Below are positions 9,847-20,380 of a stretch of DNA of 64,000 bases, piece after piece (within the stretch, counting starts at the first letter, position 1; every line of letters starts with the position of its first letter). The notes under the pieces were generated by a model. The model worked only from the letters and a program-made list of their open reading frames with translations, did not search any database and was not told the origin of the DNA. The DNA is from Gammaproteobacteria bacterium (GTDB taxonomy: Bacteria > Pseudomonadota > Gammaproteobacteria > G965277405), in contig OZ255726.1 of assembly GCA_965277405.1 (NCBI GenBank), forward strand, positions 480,001 through 544,000. The letters are read 5' to 3'. The position numbers were made by a program, and so were the translations under genes.

Positions 9847-11667
9847 TCATTTAGCAAATTCTGACGGCTGCAAGGCAACAGCGGGGTAGTCGCTAAACTT
9901 AATAGTGGTTGTGGTTATACTAACATCGTCTTTCTCTAGTACATTCTCACCAAATGCATAGCGGATTGACATGTTACCTTGACGAAACTGCTTAGTATAC
10001 GCTGCAATGTTGCTTTCTGTGGTCTCAACTTGACGCTGGTAATGACTCGGCTTTATACAACTTTTACCTAATATTTTATGCGTTTGTTCAGGAGATAACA
10101 GCACTGCGGTTGCGTTGTTGCCCCCGAAACCTTTGGCATTAATCAATGATGCCAAAAACGCGTTTTGCAGGTGTTGTTGATGTTGTAGTACAAACTCAAG
10201 ATTGCTAGAGTGGACATCTTCCGCCAGCTTTGGTGTGCTGGTAATTCCTGGTAAGACATTGCCTTCCCAAATACCCAGCGCATTGGAAACCTGATCACCA
10301 CCTGCTGCTGCTTGTGAGTGACCTAGCTGACTTTTTATTGCTACGACTGGCCACTGTACCGCAAATGATTTGGCAACGCTATTGAGAATATGCGATTCGG
10401 TTTCGCGGTTTTGTGGCGTACCAGTACCATGTGAGTGGATAAACGTCCTAGCTATTTGATCTTTGCCAACGATGCTCAACAAAGCGGCAGATGCCTGCGC
10501 AACCGTTAGGTAATTGCCAGCGCCAGGAGAAGTAATTGATTTTTTTCCACCATCTGCTGCGCAATATACATGCGGAACTGAGCCATAAATTTTTGCGCCG
10601 CACGCAATTGCAATATCATCACGACACAACACCACACACTGTGCTGCTTCTCCAATCGTAAAGCCGCAATTATTGCCAAACGGCCGCAACGTATTGCGCA
10701 AATCAACTTCCTTGGCATTGTCCATCACTCTCAGCCGTTCAGGGTCAGCCAGCGCGCCCATCACATCAAAACCACCAAGCAGTTCAGGGGTAATTGGTGC
10801 TTCGCTGGTGGCAACAACTGCAACGTCGAGTTGACCATGTTTAATTTTTTCAACAGCGCGTTCAAGGTTATATAAGAATGTTGCACACGCACCTTGACTG
10901 CTGCCGGTGGGACCAATCGAGCCTAATATATATGCATTTATAAAGTCTGCTGCCATTTGCGGATAGCTCATGGGGAGTAATTTTGGTTTAATGCGCAGCC
11001 CGTTTGCATGTGCTGTTAATAGCCCCGTCAGACTAAGCTCATCAAGCTGGCCAAGCCCGCTGCCAGCGTAGACTCCAATACGATTTGGCTGTAATGAATT
11101 TTTGAAATGCTTCCACTCAATACCCATCGCATTTAAGGCATCATTCGCGGCAAATATTGCCAATTGTAATCCACGCGGATGGTTGCGGGCGTTGTACAAT
11201 GTTTGCGGATCAAAGCCAGTTGGCAATTGTCCCGCAGACAATATTGTTGATGGTATAGACGTAGGAATGAGTGATTCAAGCACCCCTGTTATGGTCACTT
11301 CAGCTTGATTACCAAGCGTGTCCACCTGCCAACCTTGCGGAATTGTATGTGGCAAATCTTTGGCCAAACAAGTAAAAGTCAACGGTTGCGCAAGCGGGAT
11401 GCGCATGCGCTGATTAAACGCAACATGATGCGCATCAAATGTCTCTGGTATAATTTCACGAATCAAACTACCCGCGAGTAGCGCTTGCACGCCAGCCTCA
11501 GTAGTTGGAACACTGTGGTTAGTAAGCGCTGCTAAATCTGCAATCGTATCCAGCTGTTGCTGCGCTGAAAGCGCACTATATACTGTACGGTAATACGATG
11601 CATGTGCGGAAATTCGTCCGCCTGGATTAACGCCGCCAAGGCCAATAATTACTGGTAAATGCATCAA
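9847..11667 (-). CDS. fabY: Beta-ketoacyl synthase, FabY-like (KAS I/II fold)
   Basis: N-terminal LPVIIGLGG; catalytic GACAT, HGTGT, KSQLGHS, KGFGGNNA; ~600 aa as in Pseudomonas FabY. Confidence 0.7.
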   Translation of the reverse strand: MMHLPVIIGLGGVNPGGRISAHASYYRTVYSALSAQQQLDTIADLAALTNHSVPTTEAGVQALLAGSLIREIIPETFDAHHVAFNQRMRIPLAQPLTFTCLAKDLPHTIPQGWQVDTLGNQAEVTITGVLESLIPTSIPSTILSAGQLPTGFDPQTLYNARNHPRGLQLAIFAANDALNAMGIEWKHFKNSLQPNRIGVYAGSGLGQLDELSLTGLLTAHANGLRIKPKLLPMSYPQMAADFINAYILGSIGPTGSSQGACATFLYNLERAVEKIKHGQLDVAVVATSEAPITPELLGGFDVMGALADPERLRVMDNAKEVDLRNTLRPFGNNCGFTIGEAAQCVVLCRDDIAIACGAKIYGSVPHVYCAADGGKKSITSPGAGNYLTVAQASAALLSIVGKDQIARTFIHSHGTGTPQNRETESHILNSVAKSFAVQWPVVAIKSQLGHSQAAAGGDQVSNALGIWEGNVLPGITSTPKLAEDVHSSNLEFVLQHQQHLQNAFLASLINAKGFGGNNATAVLLSPEQTHKILGKSCIKPSHYQRQVETTESNIAAYTKQFRQGNMSIRYAFGENVLEKDDVSITTTTIKFSDYPAVALQPSEFAK

Positions 11668-11918
11668 CTGAGGATAGCCGCAATAATCAGCTTGTTGCTT
11701 GCGTCCTGCAAAATTACCGTTGTTTTATGCAGCTGCCCTCCTCTATCAATTACCCTCAGCATAATTTTTTGCTAGAGCTAGACTAATAACATTATATTAT
11801 GTAACCTATGAATAAAACTGCGCTAAGAGTTATGCTTGCAGCATAAATTTGTAACAAGCCCATTTGATTTATCTTTTCTTCGTTTTTCACTTGGATGTTG
11901 TACGCTGATTTTTCTAAG

Positions 11919-11933
11919 GGAAGCTCTGATTAA
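11919..11933 (+). mobile_element. Orphan IS5/MITE terminal repeat
   Basis: Exact GGAAGCTCTGATTAA. Confidence 0.75.
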
Positions 11934-12023
11934 GAATATGTATCTGTTCGAATCGAGCCTACAACTCTATGATTACTAGCTGTACTTGGCTATAAATGTT
12001 ATTATCATACTCAGACCAACTGT

Positions 12024-12062
12024 ATGTCACCCCAAATGTCACCCCAAAATGTCACCCCAAAT
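12024..12062. repeat. Short tandem repeat, 3 x ATGTCACCCCAA(A)
   Basis: atgtcaccccaa atgtcaccccaaa atgtcaccccaa read directly. Confidence 0.85.
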
Positions 12063-12167
12063 AAACAGCAGCTGTGAATGCTGTCACAACATGAGATTGT
12101 TAAAATTTTATCAGCTTACTAACTGCAACAAACGCTATGCAACGATGGGTCAACTAACAAACTCTAA

Positions 12168-12192
12168 GGAAGCTCTGATTAACTAGCGAATG
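12168..12192 (+). mobile_element. Orphan IS5/MITE terminal repeat
   Basis: CTAA followed by GGAAGCTCTGATTAACTAGC. Confidence 0.75.
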
Positions 12193-12449
12193 AATATACC
12201 TATAACATCCCTCAGCAACAAAAAAACATGCGCAACAAGAATCCCAATGGCTACGTTTATCAATGAGCAAATTCTTTAGGATAGATAGATGCAAGATTGC
12301 AAAAATATTAGCAAAAAATGTAGCCTACCGCAGAGCAGCAAGGTGGGTATTATTCTTCAATAGCTTGTTGCATGGCGACTGCATCCCACCACACATGTCA
12401 TTATTGTATACGATTCAAATAACCAGCCCATAACCATGATGATTATTAT

Positions 12450-13394
12450 ATGAGCCCAGTAACAATTGTTAGTGGCAATTCAGTTGCTATATTAGCAAAG
12501 ACACTCGCCAATCAACTTGAGCTTCCGTTACTCAATACCCGTGTTGCTAAGTTTAAAGATGGCGAGATTGATGTTGAGCTGTTAGAGAACGTCCGCGGTG
12601 CTGATTTATTTATCGTCCAATCAATATGCCGACCCCATACTGATAACCTGATGGAGTTGATATTGATTGCTGATGCTGCCTTGCGGGCTTCTGCAAAATC
12701 TATTACTGCAGTGATTCCATATTTTGGCTATGCACGGCAAGATCGTCGCGTCCGCTCAGCGCGAGTTCCGATTAGTGCGCGGGTTGTTGCCGATATGCTT
12801 TCTACCTGTGGCATAACTCGGGTATTGACTATGGACTTGCATTCTGAACAAATTCAAGGTTTTTTTAGCATTCCTGTTGACAATGTGTATGGCACCAGCT
12901 TATTGCTAGCTCATATTAACCAACAACAATATGAAAAACCAGTCGTTGTTTCACCAGATATAGGCGGCGTTGTGCGCGCACGCGCTGTTGCCAAAAGGCT
13001 GGGTAATGCTGGACTTGCCATCATTGATAAACGCCGCAGCGTAACCAACCAAAGCGAAGCAATGCATTTGATTGGTGATGTAAAAGGACGCACTTGTTTA
13101 TTGGTTGATGATATTATTGATACTGCAGGGACGTTGTGTAATGCGGCACAATCACTCAAGGAATTTGGTGCGGTAAATGTGTATGCATATGCGACACATC
13201 CAGTGCTTTCTGACCCAGCAATTGAAAATATTGCTAAGTCTACGCTTGATGCTGTCGTTGTTGCCGATACTATTCCACTCAATGAAAAAGCTAAAGAGTG
13301 TGAGAAAATCCATGTGTTTTCTATCGCTACTCTACTTGCAAATTCGATTCATCGCATCAGCAGAGGAGAATCTGTGCGTGCGCTTTTTAATTAA
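12450..13394 (+). CDS. prs: Ribose-phosphate pyrophosphokinase
   Basis: PYFGYARQDRR, VSPDIGG, VDDIIDTAGT. Confidence 0.97.
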   Translation: MSPVTIVSGNSVAILAKTLANQLELPLLNTRVAKFKDGEIDVELLENVRGADLFIVQSICRPHTDNLMELILIADAALRASAKSITAVIPYFGYARQDRRVRSARVPISARVVADMLSTCGITRVLTMDLHSEQIQGFFSIPVDNVYGTSLLLAHINQQQYEKPVVVSPDIGGVVRARAVAKRLGNAGLAIIDKRRSVTNQSEAMHLIGDVKGRTCLLVDDIIDTAGTLCNAAQSLKEFGAVNVYAYATHPVLSDPAIENIAKSTLDAVVVADTIPLNEKAKECEKIHVFSIATLLANSIHRISRGESVRALFN

Positions 13395-13441
13395 ATAATT
13401 CTGCTTGCTGGTCGCGGCACTTAGAAACATAGGAAAAATCA

Positions 13442-14098
13442 ATGTCTGATAATACAATTACCTTGCACGCGCAAGCAAGAGACGCTACTAAAGGTACGGG
13501 TGCGAGCCGCCGTCTGCGTCGCATACAAGGAAAAATACCTGCAATAGTCTACGGTATTGGCAAGCCTGCACAGCCAATCGTAATGTTCCATAAAGACATT
13601 ATGAAAGCAACAGAGCAAGAAACATTTTATTCACAGGTATTAACTTTACAAATTGGTTCAAACAAGCAAGACGTGATTGTGAAGGCATTGCAACGCCACC
13701 CATACAAGCCGCTTATTATTCATGCTGACTTTCAGCGTGTTGCCAGTGATGTCGCCATCACGGTTGCTGTTCCACTCCACTTTTTGAACGCAGAAAGCTG
13801 TATTGGTGTCAAGCAAGAGGGAGGAGCGGTAATGCACATCGAAAATACTGTAGAAGTAACCGCGCTGCCAAAAGATTTGCCTGAATATATTGAAGTTGAT
13901 GTTGCTCAAATGCATTTAAATGACGTGCTCCATTTGCAGGACCTCACCCCACCAACAGGTATTGAATTTACTGCGCTACAGCAAGATAGCGACCATGATT
14001 TATCGCTGGTACGTGTCGCTAAATATGCTGGTAGCACTGAGCCTGAAGGGGGAGATGAGATCATCGAAGCCAGCACAGATACCCCCACAGAAGAATAA
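13442..14098 (+). CDS. rplY: 50S ribosomal protein L25/Ctc
   Basis: GASRRLRR, PAIVYG, HADFQR; prs-rplY-pth-ychF synteny. Confidence 0.95.
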   Translation: MSDNTITLHAQARDATKGTGASRRLRRIQGKIPAIVYGIGKPAQPIVMFHKDIMKATEQETFYSQVLTLQIGSNKQDVIVKALQRHPYKPLIIHADFQRVASDVAITVAVPLHFLNAESCIGVKQEGGAVMHIENTVEVTALPKDLPEYIEVDVAQMHLNDVLHLQDLTPPTGIEFTALQQDSDHDLSLVRVAKYAGSTEPEGGDEIIEASTDTPTEE

Positions 14099-14101
14099 TT
14101 T

Positions 14102-14674
14102 ATGCTCCCAATTTCAGCAGTCATTGGGCTGGGAAATATAGGGAAGATATATACCAAAACACGGCATAATGCCGGTTTTTGGTTTATAGAAAAAGCGGTT
14201 GCTGGAATACACTTCTCAACAAATAAGTACCTGTCGGCTAACCACGCAGTAGTGGCAGGAGTGCATTATCTGCTGCCGAATACTTTGATGAACCGCAGTG
14301 GCACTGTTGCAGCAGCATGTCTTAAACTATACGGCATTGCTCCAGAACAAATGCTAGTAGCGCATGATGATATTGATTTGCCAGCTGGGGTAGCGCGGAT
14401 TAAGGTAGGCGGTGGTCATGGTGGTCACAACGGGTTAAGAGATATTATACACAAGCTCGGCAGCGCAAACTTTATTCGCGTGCGCATTGGTGTTGGTCGC
14501 CCAACAACAATGGCTGTTGAATCGTATGTATTACAACAGCCAACTCAAGCCGAGTGCCAACACATTCAGCAGTCGATTGCAGATGTGGTCTGGGAACTCG
14601 ACACCTTGCTGCAAGGGAATATCCAACAAGCGCAACTCCGCATTCATACTTCCAGTACCTCCTTAGGAAAATAA
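14102..14674 (+). CDS. pth: Peptidyl-tRNA hydrolase
   Basis: GLGN, TRHNAGF, HDDIDL, GGHNGL, RIGVGRP. Confidence 0.95.
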   Translation: MLPISAVIGLGNIGKIYTKTRHNAGFWFIEKAVAGIHFSTNKYLSANHAVVAGVHYLLPNTLMNRSGTVAAACLKLYGIAPEQMLVAHDDIDLPAGVARIKVGGGHGGHNGLRDIIHKLGSANFIRVRIGVGRPTTMAVESYVLQQPTQAECQHIQQSIADVVWELDTLLQGNIQQAQLRIHTSSTSLGK

Positions 14675-14676
14675 TC

Positions 14677-15771
14677 ATGACATTAAATTGCGGCATTATT
14701 GGCTTGCCGAATGTTGGTAAATCTACATTGTTTAATGCGTTGACCCATGCGGGAATTGAAGCTGCAAACTTTCCATTTTGTACTATTGAACCAAATGAGG
14801 GAGTTGTGGCCGTGCCAGATATTAGGCTAGATGCGCTGGCAACAATTGTATCTCCTGAGAAAGTGCTCCCTGCGCAAATGCAATTTACCGATATTGCCGG
14901 TCTGGTGGCTGGGGCTGCCACAGGCGAAGGGCTGGGGAATAAATTCCTTGCACATATTCGTGAGGCGACGGCAATTATTCATGTTGTGCGTTGCTTTGAA
15001 GATGAGAATATTATTCATGTTGCCAACACGATTAACCCGAAAAGTGATGTGGCAACAATTCACACTGAGCTTGGATTGGCGGATATAGAAACTGTTGAAA
15101 AAGCACTCAATAAAAATCACAAATTGGCTAAAACTGGTGATAAAGATGCGCAGCGTGTTATAGCCGTGTGTCAAAACATCCAACAACACTTGAATGCTGG
15201 AGAAATGGCGCGTTCAATGATTCTCGATGAAGATGAAACTGCAATTGCTCAGCAACTGCATTTGCTGACGCTCAAACCAACATTATACGTGGCAAATGTC
15301 GCTGAAGATGATATCTGTGGTCAGGCTTCATCAGTGCAACAACTCCGTGAAATTGCTGAATCTGAACAAGCAGAGATAATTGTGCTTTCGAGTAAAATTG
15401 AAGCCGAAATTGCTGTCTTACAAGGTAACGAGCAAACTGAATATTTGCAAATGTTTGGACTTACTGAGCCTGGGATGTTGCGGTTGATTCGTAGTAGCTA
15501 TGCATTACTGGACTTGCACAGTTATTTTACGGCAGGCAAACAAGAAGTCCGTTCATGGACAATCCCCGTCGGCGCCAATGCGTGTGCAGCAGCTGGCGCG
15601 ATTCATACAGATTTTGCCAAAGGTTTTATCCGTGCAGAGGTCATCGGCTATGACGATTTTATTAACCACAATGGTGAGCAAGGGGCAAAAGATGCTGGGC
15701 TTTGGCGTTTAGAAGGTAAAACCTATCAAGTGCAAAACGGTGACGTTATGCATTTTCGCTTTAATGTGTAG
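14677..15771 (+). CDS. ychF: Redox-regulated ATPase YchF
   Basis: GLPNVGKSTLFN, NFPFCTIEPN, DIAGLV; C-terminal TGS domain ending HFRFNV. Confidence 0.97.
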   Translation: MTLNCGIIGLPNVGKSTLFNALTHAGIEAANFPFCTIEPNEGVVAVPDIRLDALATIVSPEKVLPAQMQFTDIAGLVAGAATGEGLGNKFLAHIREATAIIHVVRCFEDENIIHVANTINPKSDVATIHTELGLADIETVEKALNKNHKLAKTGDKDAQRVIAVCQNIQQHLNAGEMARSMILDEDETAIAQQLHLLTLKPTLYVANVAEDDICGQASSVQQLREIAESEQAEIIVLSSKIEAEIAVLQGNEQTEYLQMFGLTEPGMLRLIRSSYALLDLHSYFTAGKQEVRSWTIPVGANACAAAGAIHTDFAKGFIRAEVIGYDDFINHNGEQGAKDAGLWRLEGKTYQVQNGDVMHFRFNV

Positions 15772-15790
15772 CGCAGCTCAACACGCTGCA

Positions 15791-18700
15791 TTACATACCA
15801 AGCGTGAGGTAGTACTGGGTATCACCGCCAATAGCATCTGCGCCGCGGATATACCCTAGGCGCAGTGGCAGCGGCAGGATATAGCCAAGATCTAATTGCA
15901 GTTCCAGTTCGCCACCGACGGCGGTACGGACTAAGTTATCAGTAGCTTGTTCGTCATAAAATCGTGCCGATTCAATATAAAAATTTGCCGATAATTCATG
16001 AAAACCTATTGGCGGCATAAAAAAACCATTGGCGATATCATACACAAAAATCGACAATTGAGACTTTCCTTGCAACAGCACACGACCGCTAGCTACGCCA
16101 TCTACATATCCACGCAACAAGGCATTGGATCTAAAAAATTGCTGAGGGTCAAATTTGCTTTGGCGCAATGTGATTGGTGTTTCGTCGCTGTTACGCCAGT
16201 TTGCTTCACCTTGCATAGCGATAGAACCGAGTCTGCCAAAGCTAAAAATATATTTATACTGCATATACGCACCGCTGCCGTCCATTTTAGTTTTTTTTAC
16301 GGCGTTGGCAGACTCCACAAAAAACTCAAAGGCAGCACCATCACTCATATATGGCAGGAATAACTGCTGGTTGAGGTCTGCATATTTTAGCCCGATGCCA
16401 ATGGCGCGGTTATCTACCATGCCTGGTGCGAAACCATCTTCACTCAAATTATGCAGACGCTCGGCGCCATAGCCGAAGATTACTTGCCAATTGTATGCTG
16501 GGGTAAGTGGTGGTGTGTACAACGTGTCTAGATATTCTGAACGGGAAAAACCATGGGTAACTATGTTTTGGTTATTGGTATAACTCACGATTTTAGGTGC
16601 GCTGGCAGCGTGGACTTGTAACAACCGCGCATATGAATATGTTAAATTTACTCCCAAGGCATGCTGCGCAGTTGCTTGATATGCTTGATTTGCAAGATAC
16701 GCTGATATTTTTCCAGTGTACTTATGTCGACGCAGTGCATCAAAACCAGATAAATTGATGGAATATATGTTGTACGCACCATTATTAACAGCAATGGACG
16801 GCACAAAATATTGTGGTGTTAGCGTTGACCAAGGTGAATACGGCGAGGACTTTACCCGGTCAAAATAGGCCTCAAGTTTAAGCTGCTGCTGCTCAGCAAC
16901 TTGCAACAACGCAGGGGTTGTTGTCGATTGTGTTACTAGTTGCCGTCTGAACATTGGTTGTAGAGTTTTTTTGTGGATCTCATAACCTTGTGCAGTATTT
17001 ATTTGAAAGACAAGCGTGTTTGTTTCGTCAAAGACAATTGGGAACATTGCTGCGCTAATCTCATTACTTATTGTTTGTTCTACCCCAGTTGCGATATTGA
17101 GCATGCGAATATTAAACACCCCGCCATAATTAGAGCTGTAGACAATATTTTTACCAGTACTGCTGAAGCGTGCTTGGATTTGTAAATCTGCATCATTGGT
17201 AATACGGCTGAGTTTTTTTTCATCAATCAAGTACGCATACAGGTCCCAACTATGATTGTTAGTTTTTATTGACAGCAACAGTTTATTCTCTGTAGGATGC
17301 CAATCGAGCGAGGTAATTTGCTGCTCTGGGTCAACCCGTAATACTGTTTCGCTAGTTTTTGAATACACAGCAACGCCATCTTCATCAAACGCTTGGTGTA
17401 ATGTGTGGAGCGCGAGTACACTCTGATGATCCTCTATACGAATGCTGGCAAAGGCGTCGCTATTTTGCTTCCAAGCAATTTTTTGATGGCGCTCACAAGA
17501 GCTGATTTGGAATTGGTCTGGATTGTTAGGAAACTGAACAAATATTTCAAAGTATTTTGGAATGGCCTCAAGATACATGGCATTATCTGTAATGATTTTG
17601 CTGCAAACAGTTGGTTTGATGAGCAACAGGCGCTGTTGCCCACCGATATCAAAATCAATAACATCTTTTGCATGGGCAATCATGTCGATATTCGAAGTAT
17701 CTGCAAATGGGATAGGGTTACGGATAATAACTGGATCATCAAAACCATTATAGATTATACTATATATAGCCTGACCCCTGCCTTTGGGGTTGATTGGACT
17801 GACGCTTTGTTGTAGTTCATCCGTTGATTGTAGGTTAGATAGTTGGGTAATAGCGTCGGATGTAATATCGGTTAAACGCCCATATCTATTGAGTGTGAAG
17901 ATTTGTGCACTAAATTTTTCTTGCAAATATTCCGTATATTCACGCCAAATCGTATCGAGATCTTTACCAAAAACAAACTCAGTATTACGGTCGAGCATAA
18001 ACGGAACTTGCTTGGAATAATTACTCAAAAACTTGCGCAACCTACGCTTGCCGTACTTGCTTTCAATAAATTCAAAAAAATAATAGCCATAATACAACGA
18101 GCGCCCAAGGGGGAATTGTTTGCTATCATAGGTAACACGCGAGACAGAAAGAAATCCATTTTCTAACTCAAGGCGCATAAATCCATCATAGATACCAGTT
18201 GATCCGCGACCAATACGCTTGGCAGTATCGGTGGTCAAGTATGTCGCAATGCCTTCGATAATCCACTTTGGTTGGACTAGGTTTGGAAACAATAAAGGAT
18301 GACGTCCCAATATGCTACGCAATGTTGAGTAGCCAATACCACTTGCCTTATCAAGATGGTATAGATGCACTGCCGCATGCTTAACCATAAGTGCGACCCA
18401 ATTTTCACGAGCTATGAGCTGGTCTGTATCGGCATTGCTGATGTTGATAATATTATGGTTAAACGGTAACGGCGAGGAAAAATTAATGGGATTATCAACA
18501 TCCTGGATAACCACGTGGTAGTCTGCTGACTGCCACTCAAAAAAAACAAGATATTCATCTTGAATGGCTTGGTTGATACTGGCAATTTTGCGTGCCTGTA
18601 ACTCATGTCGTTGTTGAAAGTGAACACTAAAGTATGCCCCAGAAATCGTGCGCCATTCATCAATTGGTTGTGGTTCTGGGTTTTCTGCACTCAACACGCC

Positions 18701-18793
18701 GCACGTTAACAGCGCACATATCAGCCCTAAACACAGCTGTTGGTAACGGCTACTTTGCCAACAACTAGGTATATTTTTTGCCAAACCAAACAC
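15791..18793 (-). CDS. Large exported protein: degenerate gluzincin-like domain, TolB/PD40-like propeller and probable Omp85-type beta-barrel
   Basis: Signal peptide; HAAVH...PKWIIEGIATY; propeller-like WHP/FSSTGKNIVYSS; LRGY motif and C-terminal amphipathic strands. Confidence 0.6.
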   Translation of the reverse strand: MFGLAKNIPSCWQSSRYQQLCLGLICALLTCGVLSAENPEPQPIDEWRTISGAYFSVHFQQRHELQARKIASINQAIQDEYLVFFEWQSADYHVVIQDVDNPINFSSPLPFNHNIINISNADTDQLIARENWVALMVKHAAVHLYHLDKASGIGYSTLRSILGRHPLLFPNLVQPKWIIEGIATYLTTDTAKRIGRGSTGIYDGFMRLELENGFLSVSRVTYDSKQFPLGRSLYYGYYFFEFIESKYGKRRLRKFLSNYSKQVPFMLDRNTEFVFGKDLDTIWREYTEYLQEKFSAQIFTLNRYGRLTDITSDAITQLSNLQSTDELQQSVSPINPKGRGQAIYSIIYNGFDDPVIIRNPIPFADTSNIDMIAHAKDVIDFDIGGQQRLLLIKPTVCSKIITDNAMYLEAIPKYFEIFVQFPNNPDQFQISSCERHQKIAWKQNSDAFASIRIEDHQSVLALHTLHQAFDEDGVAVYSKTSETVLRVDPEQQITSLDWHPTENKLLLSIKTNNHSWDLYAYLIDEKKLSRITNDADLQIQARFSSTGKNIVYSSNYGGVFNIRMLNIATGVEQTISNEISAAMFPIVFDETNTLVFQINTAQGYEIHKKTLQPMFRRQLVTQSTTTPALLQVAEQQQLKLEAYFDRVKSSPYSPWSTLTPQYFVPSIAVNNGAYNIYSINLSGFDALRRHKYTGKISAYLANQAYQATAQHALGVNLTYSYARLLQVHAASAPKIVSYTNNQNIVTHGFSRSEYLDTLYTPPLTPAYNWQVIFGYGAERLHNLSEDGFAPGMVDNRAIGIGLKYADLNQQLFLPYMSDGAAFEFFVESANAVKKTKMDGSGAYMQYKYIFSFGRLGSIAMQGEANWRNSDETPITLRQSKFDPQQFFRSNALLRGYVDGVASGRVLLQGKSQLSIFVYDIANGFFMPPIGFHELSANFYIESARFYDEQATDNLVRTAVGGELELQLDLGYILPLPLRLGYIRGADAIGGDTQYYLTLGM

Positions 18794-19640
18794 AGCCTGC
18801 CACTAAAAACGCACATAAAATAGTTGAAAAGCCAATGGGTTCATCAAGCAGTACGGCGCTTACGAAAATGGTAAAAAATATTTGTAATAATTGAATTTGG
18901 CTTACTGTGGTTATACCCCCCAATGCTAACCCTTTATTCCACAAGAAAAAACCTATCAATTGACTAAACAGCGCTAAATATAGAAAACTCAACCAACTCT
19001 GCCAAGAAATTTCCATAAAAGCACTTGGTGCGGCATATATGGCAATAGGTATTGTGACTGGAGTGGCTACGATAATGGACCAGCTTATCACCCACCAACC
19101 TGGCATTATTGTAGAGAGCTGTCCGCCTTTTACATAGCCAATTGCTGTGAGTATAATTGCAACAAACAAATACCCGTCTGCAATGCTTAGAGAACCTAGA
19201 CCTTGGCTTGCCGCGTATAAAGTAACTACCGCCGCACCAATCACTGCAAACATCCAAAACCCTTGGCTGGGTTTTTTTTCGCCAAACAATACAGCAATTG
19301 CGGCTGTTGCCAGCGGCAAGATGCCAAGCACGACCCCGCCATAGCTAGCACTGACAGTTTGCATGGCAAATGCAGTAAGCAGCGGGAAACCAATAACCGT
19401 TCCTAAACAGATAATCGCAAGTTGCTTAAACTGCCTAAATGTCGGCAATTGTGCCCGCGTAACAAGCAAAATTACTGCTGCTACGATGCATGCAACACTC
19501 GATCGGCCAATGCCACTAAATAACGGGCCAAATGCAGGGATCGCAATTCGCAGCATCGGTAATGTGAGTGAAAACATCATAACGCCGATTGTTCCCAAAA
19601 AAATTCCTAAATATTGTTGCTGCAATGCTGGATTATTCAT
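18765..19640 (-). CDS. DMT/EamA family transporter
   Basis: About 10 TM segments in two EamA halves; SQIQLLQ motif. Confidence 0.85.
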   Translation of the reverse strand: MNNPALQQQYLGIFLGTIGVMMFSLTLPMLRIAIPAFGPLFSGIGRSSVACIVAAVILLVTRAQLPTFRQFKQLAIICLGTVIGFPLLTAFAMQTVSASYGGVVLGILPLATAAIAVLFGEKKPSQGFWMFAVIGAAVVTLYAASQGLGSLSIADGYLFVAIILTAIGYVKGGQLSTIMPGWWVISWSIIVATPVTIPIAIYAAPSAFMEISWQSWLSFLYLALFSQLIGFFLWNKGLALGGITTVSQIQLLQIFFTIFVSAVLLDEPIGFSTILCAFLVAGCVWFGKKYT

Positions 19641-19729
19641 ATGTTTTATGAGTTAGAATGGCGAACATTCTTGCATCGTCTTGATTGGCACATACTATCA
19701 ACCTCCTTTTTTGAATAATTGAGTTAAAC

Positions 19730-20047
19730 ATGAATTACGCAGTCATTAAAACTGGTGGCAAACAATACAGAGTAAATTCTGGAAGTAAGCTAGAAATAGA
19801 AAAAATTGAAGCTAGTGTTGGTGAAAACATTACATTTGATACAGTGATTATGGTAAAAAAGGATGAAGAAGATGCGGTATTTGGCACACCATATGTTGCA
19901 TCGGCAACAGTCAGTGCAGCCGTAATTGGACAGATTCGCGACCCAAAAGTGAAAATTTTAAAGTTTAAGCGCAGGAAACACCACATGAAACAAATGGGAC
20001 ATCGTCAATATAAAACCCAAATTCAAATTACCGCAATATCTGCATAG
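19730..20047 (+). CDS. rplU: 50S ribosomal protein L21
   Basis: YAVIKTGGKQY, GHRQ. Confidence 0.97.
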   Translation: MNYAVIKTGGKQYRVNSGSKLEIEKIEASVGENITFDTVIMVKKDEEDAVFGTPYVASATVSAAVIGQIRDPKVKILKFKRRKHHMKQMGHRQYKTQIQITAISA

Positions 20048-20056
20048 GAGCATAGC

Positions 20057-20308
20057 ATGGCACATAAAAAGGCTGGGGGTAGTACCCGTAATGGACGTGA
20101 TTCGCAATCGAAAAGGCTCGGGGTAAAACGCTTTGGTGGCGAGCTGGTTAAAGCCGGTGCAATTATCATTCGTCAGCGTGGCACAAAAGTGCATGCAGGC
20201 ACCAATGTTGGGATTGGCCGTGATCACACACTTTTTGCAAAAGCTGCAGGTAACGTAACTTTTAGCAAAGGTGGTGCCCATAACCGCATGTTTGTCAGCA
20301 TTCAATAA
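20057..20308 (+). CDS. rpmA: 50S ribosomal protein L27
   Basis: [16 protein letters not shown]. Confidence 0.98.
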   Translation: MAHKKAGGSTRNGRDSQSKRLGVKRFGGELVKAGAIIIRQRGTKVHAGTNVGIGRDHTLFAKAAGNVTFSKGGAHNRMFVSIQ

Positions 20309-20380
20309 ATAATCACTTTTATTCATGGTATTTATAAAATCAATAGTATGTATTCGCCTTGCATGTAGGAGTGCCTGTCA

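Noticed and set aside
12300-12449. tRNA-Gln expected upstream of prs
   Set aside because: No cloverleaf or GTTCGA T-loop recognisable in this stretch
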